Positions 28,864 to 37,549 of a stretch of DNA of 44,362 nucleotides are shown one piece after another; within the stretch, counting starts at the first letter, position 1, and each line of letters opens with the position of its first letter. The notes beneath the pieces were generated by a model that was given only the letters and a program-made list of their open reading frames with translations, had not been told where the DNA came from and did not search any database. A program made the translations under genes and the position numbers. Source of the DNA: an uncultured Candidatus Saccharibacteria bacterium (GTDB lineage: Bacteria; Patescibacteriota; UBA1384; DTJR01); assembly GCA_964540855.1 (NCBI GenBank), contig CAZIOI010000002.1:1-44362 (forward strand), in the 5' to 3' direction.

Positions 28864-30423
28864 TTAGCTTCTAACTTCCTTGATCTTAAACAACCAAGCG
28901 AGCGACAAATATACTAAGCCTCCGGCTAACAGTGACAAAATTGTTTGCAGCAGCAAATATCTGACTCTATTAATATCAAACGCGCCACTAACCAATATCT
29001 TGGCAAGCTGCATCACAACCGACGTTACCAAAGTTAGGCTAATTATCGAAGCGACATAAGAAAATATGCCTTTGAAATTTATTTCAAATTTTGTCCTAAT
29101 GTAATAAACCAAAAGAATCAGATTAAGCCATGAACCAACACTGAACGCCAAGGCAAGACCGGCGACAGTGCTGCCAAACGGAATTATTTGTCTTGAAAAA
29201 AGATAGCCAAGAACAACGCTAGTTACTATCGACGCAACGCTAATTTTCATAGGAGTCCTTGTGTCGTGCATTGCATAAAAACTGCGGGCAACGATAGGTA
29301 TAAGACCCTGCGCCACTACCGAAAGGGCAAAAAAGCCCAATGCCGCCGAAGCCGCCTTGGTATCGGACCATCCAAAAAAACCGTAACCGAGTATTAGCCT
29401 GATAATTTGCGCCCTGAGTACAAAAATCACCGCAGTCGAAGGTATCAAGAAAAATAACGCCGCTCTCACGGAGCGGTTAAAGACACCCACAAATCGCTCT
29501 TTTTCCTCTTTTATATCAAGCGACAAGCCGGAAAGAGTCGGGAAAGCAGCTGTTGCCAAAGAATTACCAAAAATGACCGAGGGGACAGTCTGAATGTTAT
29601 CGGTCAGATTATATATGGCGATCGCCCCCGGAACATAAGAAGCAAAGCCAGTAAAAGCAAAAAGCAAAATCTGATTGGCCCCTAGACCGATCGCGCGCGG
29701 AATCATTAATCTGATAACACGTCTGACACCAGGGTTGGTAAAATCAAATCTTAATCCCGGTTTAAGCCCGACCTGCAAAACAGAGGGTAGCTGAACGAGC
29801 ATATGTAAAAGTGCTCCCGATATAACACCGATAATCACGCCCTTTACACCGAGCGTGTCTGCAAATAGAATAACACCTGCAATTATTGCCAGATTGTAAA
29901 ATAGCGGTGCGATAGAGTAAGCCAAAAATCTTTTACGCGCGTTTAAGACACCACCAAAAAAGTAAGAAAGGGTGAAAATAAACGGCGAAACGAGAAGCCA
30001 ACGCGCCATATTAACGGTCTCGTCCATCTTCTGGGATGAAAAATTCGGTACCAGAAGTTTCATCAGTCCGCTCATCGCAAAAAACATGATAATTAGAGCG
30101 ATCGTAACCGCTAGCAGACCAACCGAGATTGTCGCCTGTGCCATCTCATTTGCTTCTTTGTCCCCTTTTTCCTTGATATATTTTGAATAAACAGGCACAA
30201 AAGCCGCTGCTATCGAACCCAAAATCAGCACATTAAAGATCAAATCGGGCAATCTGAAAGCTGCATAGTAGATATCAAGCCTGTCGGTCGGTATCTTCTG
30301 CGCCAAAAAGTGGTCTCTGATAACCCCAAGAACGTTGGAAGCAGCGAGTGTTATCATCAAAATAAGGCTCGCTCCCCTAATTGAGCTCTCCTTAAAAAAT
30401 ACCTTCTTTATTTGGCTGAACAT
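28864..30423 (-). CDS. murJ: Lipid II flippase MurJ
   Basis: 519 aa with about 14 TM helices. The N-terminal ASNVLGVIRDHFLAQ...YYAAFRLPDLIFNVL pattern is typical of MurJ/MviN. Confidence 0.92.
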   Translation of the reverse strand: MFSQIKKVFFKESSIRGASLILMITLAASNVLGVIRDHFLAQKIPTDRLDIYYAAFRLPDLIFNVLILGSIAAAFVPVYSKYIKEKGDKEANEMAQATISVGLLAVTIALIIMFFAMSGLMKLLVPNFSSQKMDETVNMARWLLVSPFIFTLSYFFGGVLNARKRFLAYSIAPLFYNLAIIAGVILFADTLGVKGVIIGVISGALLHMLVQLPSVLQVGLKPGLRFDFTNPGVRRVIRLMIPRAIGLGANQILLFAFTGFASYVPGAIAIYNLTDNIQTVPSVIFGNSLATAAFPTLSGLSLDIKEEKERFVGVFNRSVRAALFFLIPSTAVIFVLRAQIIRLILGYGFFGWSDTKAASAALGFFALSVVAQGLIPIVARSFYAMHDTRTPMKISVASIVTSVVLGYLFSRQIIPFGSTVAGLALAFSVGSWLNLILLVYYIRTKFEINFKGIFSYVASIISLTLVTSVVMQLAKILVSGAFDINRVRYLLLQTILSLLAGGLVYLSLAWLFKIKEVRS

Positions 30424-30469
30424 AAACTGATCTTAGCATTTTGTACCCTTAAACGGAAGGGAGATGTCA

Positions 30470-30768
30470 GCGTATAACTAAAAACGAAGAACGTATAATC
30501 ACAATAGATTAACGTATAACGTAAAAGGCAAAACGTATAATCACAACGCATAATTCAAAACCTACAAACTATCGTTGCAAAGCAACGCAATAGTTATACG
30601 CTATACGTTTTACGTTATGAATCAATTTGTCATTGCGCGGTTTTGGGGCGATCCAAAACCTAAACCTCTGTTTAACATTTTAACCCGGAGGACGCGGCAA
30701 TCTAAAAACAATTGTCGCAAAGTGACACCATAGTTATACCTTTTGCATTTTACGTTATACGTTATTAT
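30470..30768. repeat. Cluster of dispersed repeats upstream of murJ
   Basis: Several CGTATAAC/CGTATAAT arms, the hairpins gttgcaaagcaac and gtcgcaaagtgac with CCATAGTTATAC, and GTCATTGCG...GCGGCAATCT at 30629-30703. Confidence 0.75.
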
Positions 30769-30793
30769 GCCTCGTCCATAGAGGCTCGGGGGC

Positions 30794-30822
30794 TTGACAA
30801 GTTATATAAAATGCTATATAAT
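30794..30822 (+). promoter_or_regulatory. Consensus sigma70 promoter TTGACA-17-TATAAT
   Basis: TTGACA at 30794-30799, an exact 17-nt spacer and TATAAT at 30817-30822. Confidence 0.6.
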
Positions 30823-30858
30823 GGACGATGTAAGGTTGAGAAGGAGGGAAATGTACTA

Positions 30859-31044
30859 ATGCTTCTCGCTTACAAGACTTGCTCCTTGATCGCGGACAGA
30901 CCCAAAGTCGAAACCGAGTTCTTACGTCAGGAAATTCCTGCGGTAGGAGATAGAGTTTTGGCCAAAAAAAGAGCGTACACGAGCGGCTCATATAATAAAA
31001 TAATTATAGCCGATTGCTCGAGTGAGTACGCTCTTTTTTGTTGA
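30859..31044 (+). CDS. Small 61-aa ORF of unknown function, driven by the consensus promoter
   Basis: GAAGGAGGG lies 10 nt before the ATG at 30859. The ORF ends 6 nt from the convergent dnaB stop. No family was recognised. Confidence 0.4.
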   Translation: MLLAYKTCSLIADRPKVETEFLRQEIPAVGDRVLAKKRAYTSGSYNKIIIADCSSEYALFC

Positions 31045-31050
31045 TCAAAA

Positions 31051-32409
31051 TTAGTCAGTTCTTTTGTTCTCGAGCGTAACAAAACGGCGAAATTCGGGAT
31101 GAAAGTACAGATCAATCTCGCCTATCGGACCGTTGCGATGTTTTCTAATCAAAATTTGCGTCACACCCTTGCGGTCGGTATCCGGATCGTAATAATCTTC
31201 TCTATATATAAACATAACAACATCGGCATCCTGCTCAATCGAACCGGATTCTCTAAGGTCAGAAAGCATCGGTCTCTTATCCGGCCTCGATTCAACCGCA
31301 CGCGAAAGCTGCGAGAGCGCGACAACCGGAACCTTGAGCTCACGCGCCAGGGCTTTCAAACCGCGCGATATCTCCGAAACCTCTTGCACCCTATTGGAAT
31401 CACCACCGGAATTTTTTGAATCAATTAGCTGCAGATAGTCAACGATAACTATCCCCAAGCCGTTTTCCGCCTGCAAACGCCTTGCTTTCGCCCTGATATC
31501 CATCACAGTCATCAAGGGGCTATCATCAATATATATCGGTGATTCGCTCAACACGCCCATCGCGTAATTGATTTTTGAAAAATCATCTTCCCGTAAATTT
31601 CCCGTTCTCAACCTCCAAGAATCTATTCCCGCTTCAATAGTTAATAGTGAATCTACCAGTTGATCTCGGCTCATTTCCAGAGAAAAAATACCGACCGGCA
31701 CTTTTGCATCGCGGGCGCAATTTAGAGCAACGTTTAGTGCCAATGACGTTTTACCCATAGATGGTCTGGCGGCCAGGATAACCAGATCGGACTTTTGAAA
31801 GCCGGCTAACAGATTATCGAGATCCCGAAATCCGGACGTGACACCGCGAAGCTGTCCTTTATTTTCGTGAAGCTCGTTTATTCTTTCAAATGTTTCCGCC
31901 AAAACGTCTTTGATTGGCAAAAAATCATTTGTCACAAATCTTTCCGAAACCGAAAAAAGCGCCTGTTCCGATTTGTCGATTATTCCGCCAACATCGCCTT
32001 TTTCGTCGTAGCTATCCTCGATAATTCTGGTGGCTGTTTTTATCAACCGGCGCAAAACGGATTTTTGGCTGACAATTTCGGCATGTTCAATAATGTGGGC
32101 GGCTGATAATACCTGATTCGCAAGAGTGGTCAAATAAACCGCCCCACCGGCTACATCAAGCTTTTTAGTTTGACGCAATTCCTCGGTCAAAGTGACGAGA
32201 TCAACCGGCGTTCTTTTTTCGTTTAAGGCTAAAATGGACCTGTAAATTTCTTTATGATCATCGCGATAAAAATCCTCCGGTTGCAAGATATTTGAAATCT
32301 TGAATACAGATTCCTTGTCTATAAGTAGTGCGCCCAAAACAGACTGCTCCGCCTCGACATTTTGAGGCGGCAATTTGGTAAGCTCGTTTGCCTTGGTTTG
32401 TATAGCCAT
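31051..32409 (-). CDS. dnaB: Replicative DNA helicase DnaB
   Basis: PQNVEAEQSVLGALL, Walker A ARPSMGKTS, and IVIVDYLQL. Confidence 0.96.
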   Translation of the reverse strand: MAIQTKANELTKLPPQNVEAEQSVLGALLIDKESVFKISNILQPEDFYRDDHKEIYRSILALNEKRTPVDLVTLTEELRQTKKLDVAGGAVYLTTLANQVLSAAHIIEHAEIVSQKSVLRRLIKTATRIIEDSYDEKGDVGGIIDKSEQALFSVSERFVTNDFLPIKDVLAETFERINELHENKGQLRGVTSGFRDLDNLLAGFQKSDLVILAARPSMGKTSLALNVALNCARDAKVPVGIFSLEMSRDQLVDSLLTIEAGIDSWRLRTGNLREDDFSKINYAMGVLSESPIYIDDSPLMTVMDIRAKARRLQAENGLGIVIVDYLQLIDSKNSGGDSNRVQEVSEISRGLKALARELKVPVVALSQLSRAVESRPDKRPMLSDLRESGSIEQDADVVMFIYREDYYDPDTDRKGVTQILIRKHRNGPIGEIDLYFHPEFRRFVTLENKRTD

Positions 32410-32420
32410 TTGTTTACCGA

Positions 32421-33857
32421 TTACGCCAACTCAAAAATTTCACCTATATCCGCTTCCATGTCGGCTTGTTTTGCAATGACACATTCGACTTTTTTAGGTT
32501 TATCCAGAACCGAGTCAACATTTTCGCATATCAGTCGATAATTATTCTTACTGGTGATTGTATCTTTATGAAACGGATATTCAACCGAGATCACAAGATT
32601 TTCACCGTCCATCGACCAAATCGCGCTACCCAGAAGAATAGCTAAGGGTTTATTTTTTTGCCCTACAAGCTCCAGTATGGCAATTTTGGCTTCACTCGAC
32701 AGCACCTTGAATTTCTTCGCTGCAGGCTGTTTCGGCTCTTCGCGATCGTCGGCTTCCTCGGGCTTTTTAGTACCGGTTGTCTTTGGTGTCGGTGACACCT
32801 TGTACATTTCCGGTCGAGTAGAAGATATTTCGCTTCTATCCACTATCTCGATCGCGGCCATTTCAAGCGGCAGAACCTCAAGACTCGAAAGTTTCGAATC
32901 GCCAACTGCCCGCAAAAAAATCCTGATGCAAAAAACCGTTTCGCGAGCGCTTTCGCCATGAGCCACCTGAGCGATCGCCTGCTCTCTCAATCTTGAAATG
33001 ACATTGTTTAAAAATTGTTCAAAATTTGTTCCTTTTTCAGATAATTCGCGCAAAAAATCCAATGCCTCGTTTAGTTTTTTGTTCTCCAAAAAATCCAGAA
33101 AATTATCGACCTCTTCTTGGTGTGTGAGGTTTAGGATTTTTCGCGCTTTTGCGAGCGAAAAATCCTTCTCCTTTAGATGACCTAACAATTGATCGAAAAT
33201 CGACTGCGCATCGCGAAACGACCCTCCGCTGGCTCTAAAAACAAGCTCCAGAAGTTCATCATCGACTTTGACCTTTTCTGCAGCTGCGATTACCTTTAAA
33301 TTTTCTTTGATCATCACCTCGTCGCCAAAGCGAAAATCGAATTTTTGACAACGCGAAATTATCGTCTCCGGCACTTTGTGGATTTCGGTTGTCGCAAAAA
33401 CAAAAATACTGTGCGCGGGCGGTTCCTCGAGGGTTTTTAACAGCGCATTAAACGCCTCGCGCGTCAGCATATGTACTTCGTCAATAATATAGACTTTCTT
33501 CCTGCCAACGCTCGGCGAAAAACCAATCTTTTCTCTAAGCTCGCGAATATCTTCAACACTCCTGTTTGAGGCGGCGTCAATCTCGATCAAATCAATAAAG
33601 TGACCTTGTTCTATGGCTTTGCAACTGACGCACTTGCCGCACGGCCGGTCGCCCGCATCGATTTTTTCGTCCAGACAGTTGACCGCTTTGGCTAGGATTC
33701 TGGCGATACTCGTCTTGCCTACCCCTCTGGGACCGGTAAACAAATAAGCATGCGAAACTCGATCGAGCTTTAGGGCGTTTCTCAGTGTAGTCGTGACGTG
33801 CTCTTGACCGACTACTTCCTGAAATGTTTGGGGGCGATATTTGCGATATAGGGTCAT
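32421..33857 (-). CDS. dnaX: DNA polymerase III subunit gamma/tau
   Basis: LYRKYRPQTFQEVVGQEHV, GPRGVGKTS, a zinc module CGKCVSC, and IIDEVHML. The upstream ORF extension to 33974 lies in repeat DNA. Confidence 0.93.
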   Translation of the reverse strand: MTLYRKYRPQTFQEVVGQEHVTTTLRNALKLDRVSHAYLFTGPRGVGKTSIARILAKAVNCLDEKIDAGDRPCGKCVSCKAIEQGHFIDLIEIDAASNRSVEDIRELREKIGFSPSVGRKKVYIIDEVHMLTREAFNALLKTLEEPPAHSIFVFATTEIHKVPETIISRCQKFDFRFGDEVMIKENLKVIAAAEKVKVDDELLELVFRASGGSFRDAQSIFDQLLGHLKEKDFSLAKARKILNLTHQEEVDNFLDFLENKKLNEALDFLRELSEKGTNFEQFLNNVISRLREQAIAQVAHGESARETVFCIRIFLRAVGDSKLSSLEVLPLEMAAIEIVDRSEISSTRPEMYKVSPTPKTTGTKKPEEADDREEPKQPAAKKFKVLSSEAKIAILELVGQKNKPLAILLGSAIWSMDGENLVISVEYPFHKDTITSKNNYRLICENVDSVLDKPKKVECVIAKQADMEADIGEIFELA

Positions 33858-33940
33858 AAAAATCCTCAAAAACTTTGCATCTTTGACTTTATACTTAAAT
33901 TCAAAATTGCACAAAGGAACGAGATAGTCAAAGCCAAACC

Positions 33941-34032
33941 AACGTATAACGAAAAAGGTAAAACGTAAAACCACAATAAACTAATGTATAACGTAAAACG
34001 AAAAACGTATAACTATGGTGTCGCTTCGCGAC
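33941..34032. repeat. Dispersed palindromic repeat copy
   Basis: aacgtataacgaaaaagg...acgtataactatggtgtcgcttcgcgac. Confidence 0.75.
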
Positions 34033-34121
34033 GATATTTGTGATTTAGTGTTTAGAACTTATTTGCTCAAACGTCATTTGTAAAAATGCGATTCTATCAA
34101 GTTTCTGCTAATCTTTTATTA

Positions 34122-35327
34122 ATGAGCAAAAACATCGTTCTACGCGACCAAATAGCAAGAGACTTATCGAAAGAGCTGGACATTTCTCTGGTTAAATCGA
34201 AAATGCTTATTTTAAAGCTGGAGTCTATTATTGCTTATGAGCTCAAATCCAAATCGCGCATTAAAATAGCTCATTTTGGAACATTTGCAATCAAGACTCG
34301 CGCTAGTCGAACGGTCAAAACCGTTCGAGAGCAAAAAACAAAAATTATACTCGAGCAGGAAGCGATTAGGTTCATTGCCGCCGAGCAGTTTAAAAGCCTG
34401 CTGATGGGTAAACCCGATTCGACAAAATTCAAGGGGATCGAGCCCGCTCAACCGGACGAAACAAAATCGGAGAATTCAAGCGAAAAAATAAGTATTAGCG
34501 TCACCAAACCCTCCGAACCGGACAATGCGCAAGTACAAGATGAAGAAATTCCGGTCAAATTTGTGGCGCACGAAAAATCAGCTGAAACGATCAAAATCCC
34601 CCTCGAGGAGACGCCCGAACCCAAAAAAAATGAGAGCACCAAAATAGTTCCCATAATCACAGAAAAAAAATCCCCCGTGTCTATTGCACCAAAACCAAAA
34701 ACACCGAAGCCGGCCAAAACCGCGCCGGCTCCGATCCGGCAGCCTGAACCAATCAGCAAGCCGAGAATCGTACAATTAACCGAGCCCGTGACCCATCCCG
34801 CCGTCTCGCGAGCCAAGACTAGCCCAATACCTCAGATTAAAAAACCATCCAAACCAGTTGAAAAAATTAAGTTTTCACCTCTTTCGATATATTCGCGCAT
34901 TGAGCGCGCCAAAGTTGAGACCGAGATTGCAAACCGCCTTGTAAAATTGGCTAAAACCCTTGAATCGCAAAAAAACGCAAAAAGTGACGACCGAGAAATA
35001 AAAATTGCCGAGAAGATATTTGCAAATTTTATATCTCAAGCATCAAAACTCCACATAAAATCGCTTGACTTCTCCATTTCGGCAAAAAAGCCCTCCAAAA
35101 GTGATCAAACCGCGATTTGCGCCGGTAGGCCGAGAATATGTCTGGGCAAAATACCAACGCTCTTGCTGCATCAATTTACTGAAGAAATTGCCGATATCGA
35201 GAGTTTTGAAACACCCCAGCTGAGATTTGTAACTATTAAAAAAGCGGATAATATAAAGAAGGCGATCCTAGAGGTCCACAGTTTTCCGACTCACGAGGGC
35301 GCAAGTATCCATGTAAAAGTCTTATGA
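34122..35327 (+). CDS. HU/IHF-like DNA-binding domain fused to a long Pro/Lys-rich linker and an unknown C-terminal domain
   Basis: The N-terminal ~95 aa match the HU fold pattern (HFGTFAIKTRASRTVKTV...IRFIAAEQFKSLL). A low-complexity PKP-rich segment and a ~110-aa globular tail follow. Confidence 0.75.
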   Translation: MSKNIVLRDQIARDLSKELDISLVKSKMLILKLESIIAYELKSKSRIKIAHFGTFAIKTRASRTVKTVREQKTKIILEQEAIRFIAAEQFKSLLMGKPDSTKFKGIEPAQPDETKSENSSEKISISVTKPSEPDNAQVQDEEIPVKFVAHEKSAETIKIPLEETPEPKKNESTKIVPIITEKKSPVSIAPKPKTPKPAKTAPAPIRQPEPISKPRIVQLTEPVTHPAVSRAKTSPIPQIKKPSKPVEKIKFSPLSIYSRIERAKVETEIANRLVKLAKTLESQKNAKSDDREIKIAEKIFANFISQASKLHIKSLDFSISAKKPSKSDQTAICAGRPRICLGKIPTLLLHQFTEEIADIESFETPQLRFVTIKKADNIKKAILEVHSFPTHEGASIHVKVL

Positions 35328-35692
35328 ATAGAAAAATAGTACAATTCACATTCGTTATAGCAGTGGCGGTTTTTGTTGGCTGTGGTCTATTGGGTTTTGG
35401 AATATATAAAAATCAGCCGACCGCCGACAGCTTTTCTTCGACCATCCCCGCCGGTCCGAGTTGGGCGGCAGACAATACTCCGGAAGTGCCTGACAAGCCC
35501 GCTATTGCCGGGGATGCAACCGACGACGGAATTACTAATTCGATGGATATAAACGCGCTCCTGTATCGCTGGGGTGAATCAGACGCCGATTATAAGACAG
35601 CCGCCGGCAAAACTACTGTTGGAAGCTATGATATTGTCGAAGTTGTCAATAACTGGCACTGCACCGAAGACCGGAACGGGTGCGGAAGTTAA
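35324..35692 (+). CDS. Small membrane-anchored protein with a dockerin/EF-hand-like Ca-binding repeat
   Basis: An N-terminal TM helix, then GDATDDGITNSMDINALLYRWG, which resembles a dockerin repeat. Confidence 0.5.
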   Translation: MNRKIVQFTFVIAVAVFVGCGLLGFGIYKNQPTADSFSSTIPAGPSWAADNTPEVPDKPAIAGDATDDGITNSMDINALLYRWGESDADYKTAAGKTTVGSYDIVEVVNNWHCTEDRNGCGS

Positions 35693-35714
35693 CGCAAAAT
35701 TAAAAACGAAAAAC

Positions 35715-35779
35715 GTATAACCACAATTCAAAATTATTAAGTACTAAGTAAGAATTGTAAGTCAAAAGACACTAAGTTT
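35715..35779. repeat. Left copy of the 65-bp inverted repeat that brackets the ncRNA island
   Basis: The reverse complement of 37485-37549 matches with 2 mismatches in 65 (hand alignment). Confidence 0.85.
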
Positions 35780-35780
35780 A

Positions 35781-35892
35781 GTCATTCCTGACTTGCTGTG
35801 CCCTGCGTAGCCCTGCCTACCGGCAGGCAGGCTTGGCGAAGTGGGGTCATTGCGAACCCGCGCAGCCACTGGCGAAGTGAGTGTGGCAATCT
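35781..35892. repeat. 66-nt GTCATTCCTGAC... module plus a GTCATTGCGA...GGCAATCT module
   Basis: 35781-35846 equals 41218-41283 with 2 mismatches in the same orientation. 35846-35892 belongs to the GTCATTGCGAG family. Confidence 0.85.
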
Positions 35893-36189
35893 CGCATCAT
35901 ATTCTTTTATTGACATTCCTGTGAAAACAGGAATCTTATCTTATTCGGGCTTCGCTTTAGTTAATAAAGAAACAACCAACAAGAAAGCAAGCTCCAAACA
36001 AATAACAAATCTCAATAATCAAACAAAAAATAATAAGCGTTTGTTTGTATATTTGAATATTGAAGTTTGTTTGGTCATTGTTTCTTGGTTATTGTTAGTT
36101 TTAAGCATTTTCGACACGCTTCATACCATGTGTCGCTAGCGCGACTTTTTTAAGTTTAAAAACCATAAATCCTAAAATTTCTATGTTTA

Positions 36190-36238
36190 CTCTATAAAAC
36201 AGCGAAGGCCACGGAGCTCCGAGTGGAGACGTGGCCTT
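36190..36238 (-). terminator. Terminator of the island 4 transcript
   Basis: On the minus strand, aaggccac-N18-gtggcctt is followed by cgctgtttta. Confidence 0.6.
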
Positions 36239-37297
36239 TGGTTGGGTCCCGCTAGGCGGGACCCCGGAGTAATATGGGTGGATGAATGTCGGAGGTGGAC
36301 AAAGGCGCGAACCCTGTCCACCCCCTTGGGCCTGTGTGCCCAAAGATGATCGCGTCCCGCCCGAAGGTGACTCGGGCGGGGTTGATGAAAAACTGCCTTC
36401 CAGCGGCTACGGGGGCTTCCCGTCATCATCCCGCTGTCGGCAGGGTGCGCCCCCGACCCGTGGTCGGGGGTACTTCCCTTGGCTCCGGTTCGATTAGGCG
36501 ACCTGCAAGGTCGCCTCCCCGACGTCAGATTTCATTCGGTCGTCCTTCCGGCCCGCCTCCTGGCGGGCGCGAGGGGATCTGGTAACCCGTCTCGTCCGCG
36601 CTCCCCTCAGAGAACGGAGTCTCAGGCGGGATTCCGTCAGATGGGCGTTGGGCCGGTAGTGCGATGCAAAGTGCAATCCAGCCCTCATCATCGTCGCAGG
36701 TGGCCCAACGCCCGTCCGTACGACTCCACGACGACTGATCGAACGCCCGGCCGAAGCACGAGACTCCAGCAAGGTCGCCAGAGTGTAGCTACATGACCGA
36801 GCGTCGCCACTTGAACGCACTGTTTGCACTCCTGATCGCCCCTACAGGGCGATCGGCCACTAACGTCCCACGAGATCCGACTCCTTCTCTTACACATCTG
36901 GCTGGAGTCGGTCTCGAGAAAGATGATACGTCCCCCGTTCGGAGTCCCCACATACCGCAGACTAGTGAAGTCACACCGAATCTGCCTTGTGAAGCCCTTA
37001 CATCAAACAGCAGAAAACCTTGGCCGCCATCAATAGGCGGCAATTTGTCTCCGCAAAGCAACATCAGAACAGCCGGAACAGGCAAGACCCGAACTCGTCC
37101 TCCTTGGGAGAAGGAATACCGTTCGAGTAACCGCCGCCATCTCCTCGCGGAGACAGCCGTTTACCGGCCGGCCTAAGGCCGCCCGGGTCTGACGAGACGA
37201 CTAGATTGTCACATCTAGCACGGCGGTGTGTCTGCCAACATCAATCAACCCTCCTTTCCCAGATCATCCACCATTTCAAGGTTCGTACAAATACGAC
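36190..37297 (-). ncRNA. Candidate large (about 1.1 kb) GC-rich structured ncRNA, class unknown (island 4)
   Basis: No credible ORF exists in any frame, and many perfect 6-12-bp helices are present. Minus-strand promoter-like and terminator-like signals frame it. The strand and ends are inferred, not proven. Confidence 0.5.
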
Positions 37298-37304
37298 TGG
37301 GTTC

Positions 37305-37332
37305 ATAATATTACTTTTTTTAAAAAATGCAA
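37305..37332 (-). promoter_or_regulatory. Putative promoter of the island 4 transcript (TTGCAT-17-TATTAT)
   Basis: The reverse complement reads TTGCAT (37327-37332), a 17-nt spacer, then TATTAT (37305-37310). Confidence 0.45.
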
Positions 37333-37351
37333 TAGATGCGTTACAGGGTAA

Positions 37352-37471
37352 AATCGTTGTTAATGTATAACTAAAAACGTATAGCGTATAACTATGGTGT
37401 CGCTTCGCGACAATCGTTGTTAATGTATAACGTAAAACGTATAGCGTATAACTATGGTGTCGCTTCGCGAC
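37352..37471. repeat. Two tandem 60-bp copies of the dispersed repeat unit
   Basis: 37352-37411 and 37412-37471 are identical except for the dinucleotide ct versus cg/ta versus gt in ...gtataac(ta/gt)aaaacg... Confidence 0.9.
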
Positions 37472-37484
37472 AATATTTATTTTA

Positions 37485-37549
37485 AACTTAGTGTCTTTTG
37501 ACTTACAATTCTTACTTAGTAATTATTAATTTTGAATTGTGGTTATACA
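37485..37549. repeat. Right copy of the 65-bp inverted repeat, abutting the dnaE stop
   Basis: This is the inverted partner of 35715-35779. The dnaE stop codon begins at 37550, the next base after the repeat. Confidence 0.85.

Noticed and set aside
35964-36101. A long A/C-rich tract followed by a G/T-rich tract that forms an imperfect ~65-nt-arm palindrome.
   Set aside because: It is real in the sequence but only about 75% complementary by hand alignment, and it is low-complexity. I note it within the inverted-repeat finding rather than as a separate element.
36101-37176. ORFs of 71-127 aa on both strands of island 4.
   Set aside because: All overlap one another, lack an SD in the right position, and have low-complexity R/P/G/S composition. 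The region is better explained as structured RNA or non-coding DNA.
36190-37297. Island 4 as RNase P RNA, tmRNA, an rRNA fragment or a group II intron.
   Set aside because: I looked for GAGGAAAGTCCGGGC / ACAGAACCCGGCTTA (RNase P), a tRNA-Ala-like acceptor with GGTTCGA and CCA (tmRNA), universal 16S primers sites, and a 34-nt domain V with an AGC triad. I found only short (9-12 nt) chance-level resemblances. This check was by eye only, so it remains open to cmscan.
37352-37471. Possible CRISPR array, based on the tandem 60-bp units and the many dispersed hairpin repeats.
   Set aside because: There are only two contiguous units and no unique spacers between them. The dispersed copies have variable spacing and orientation. 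No cas genes or leader are present.
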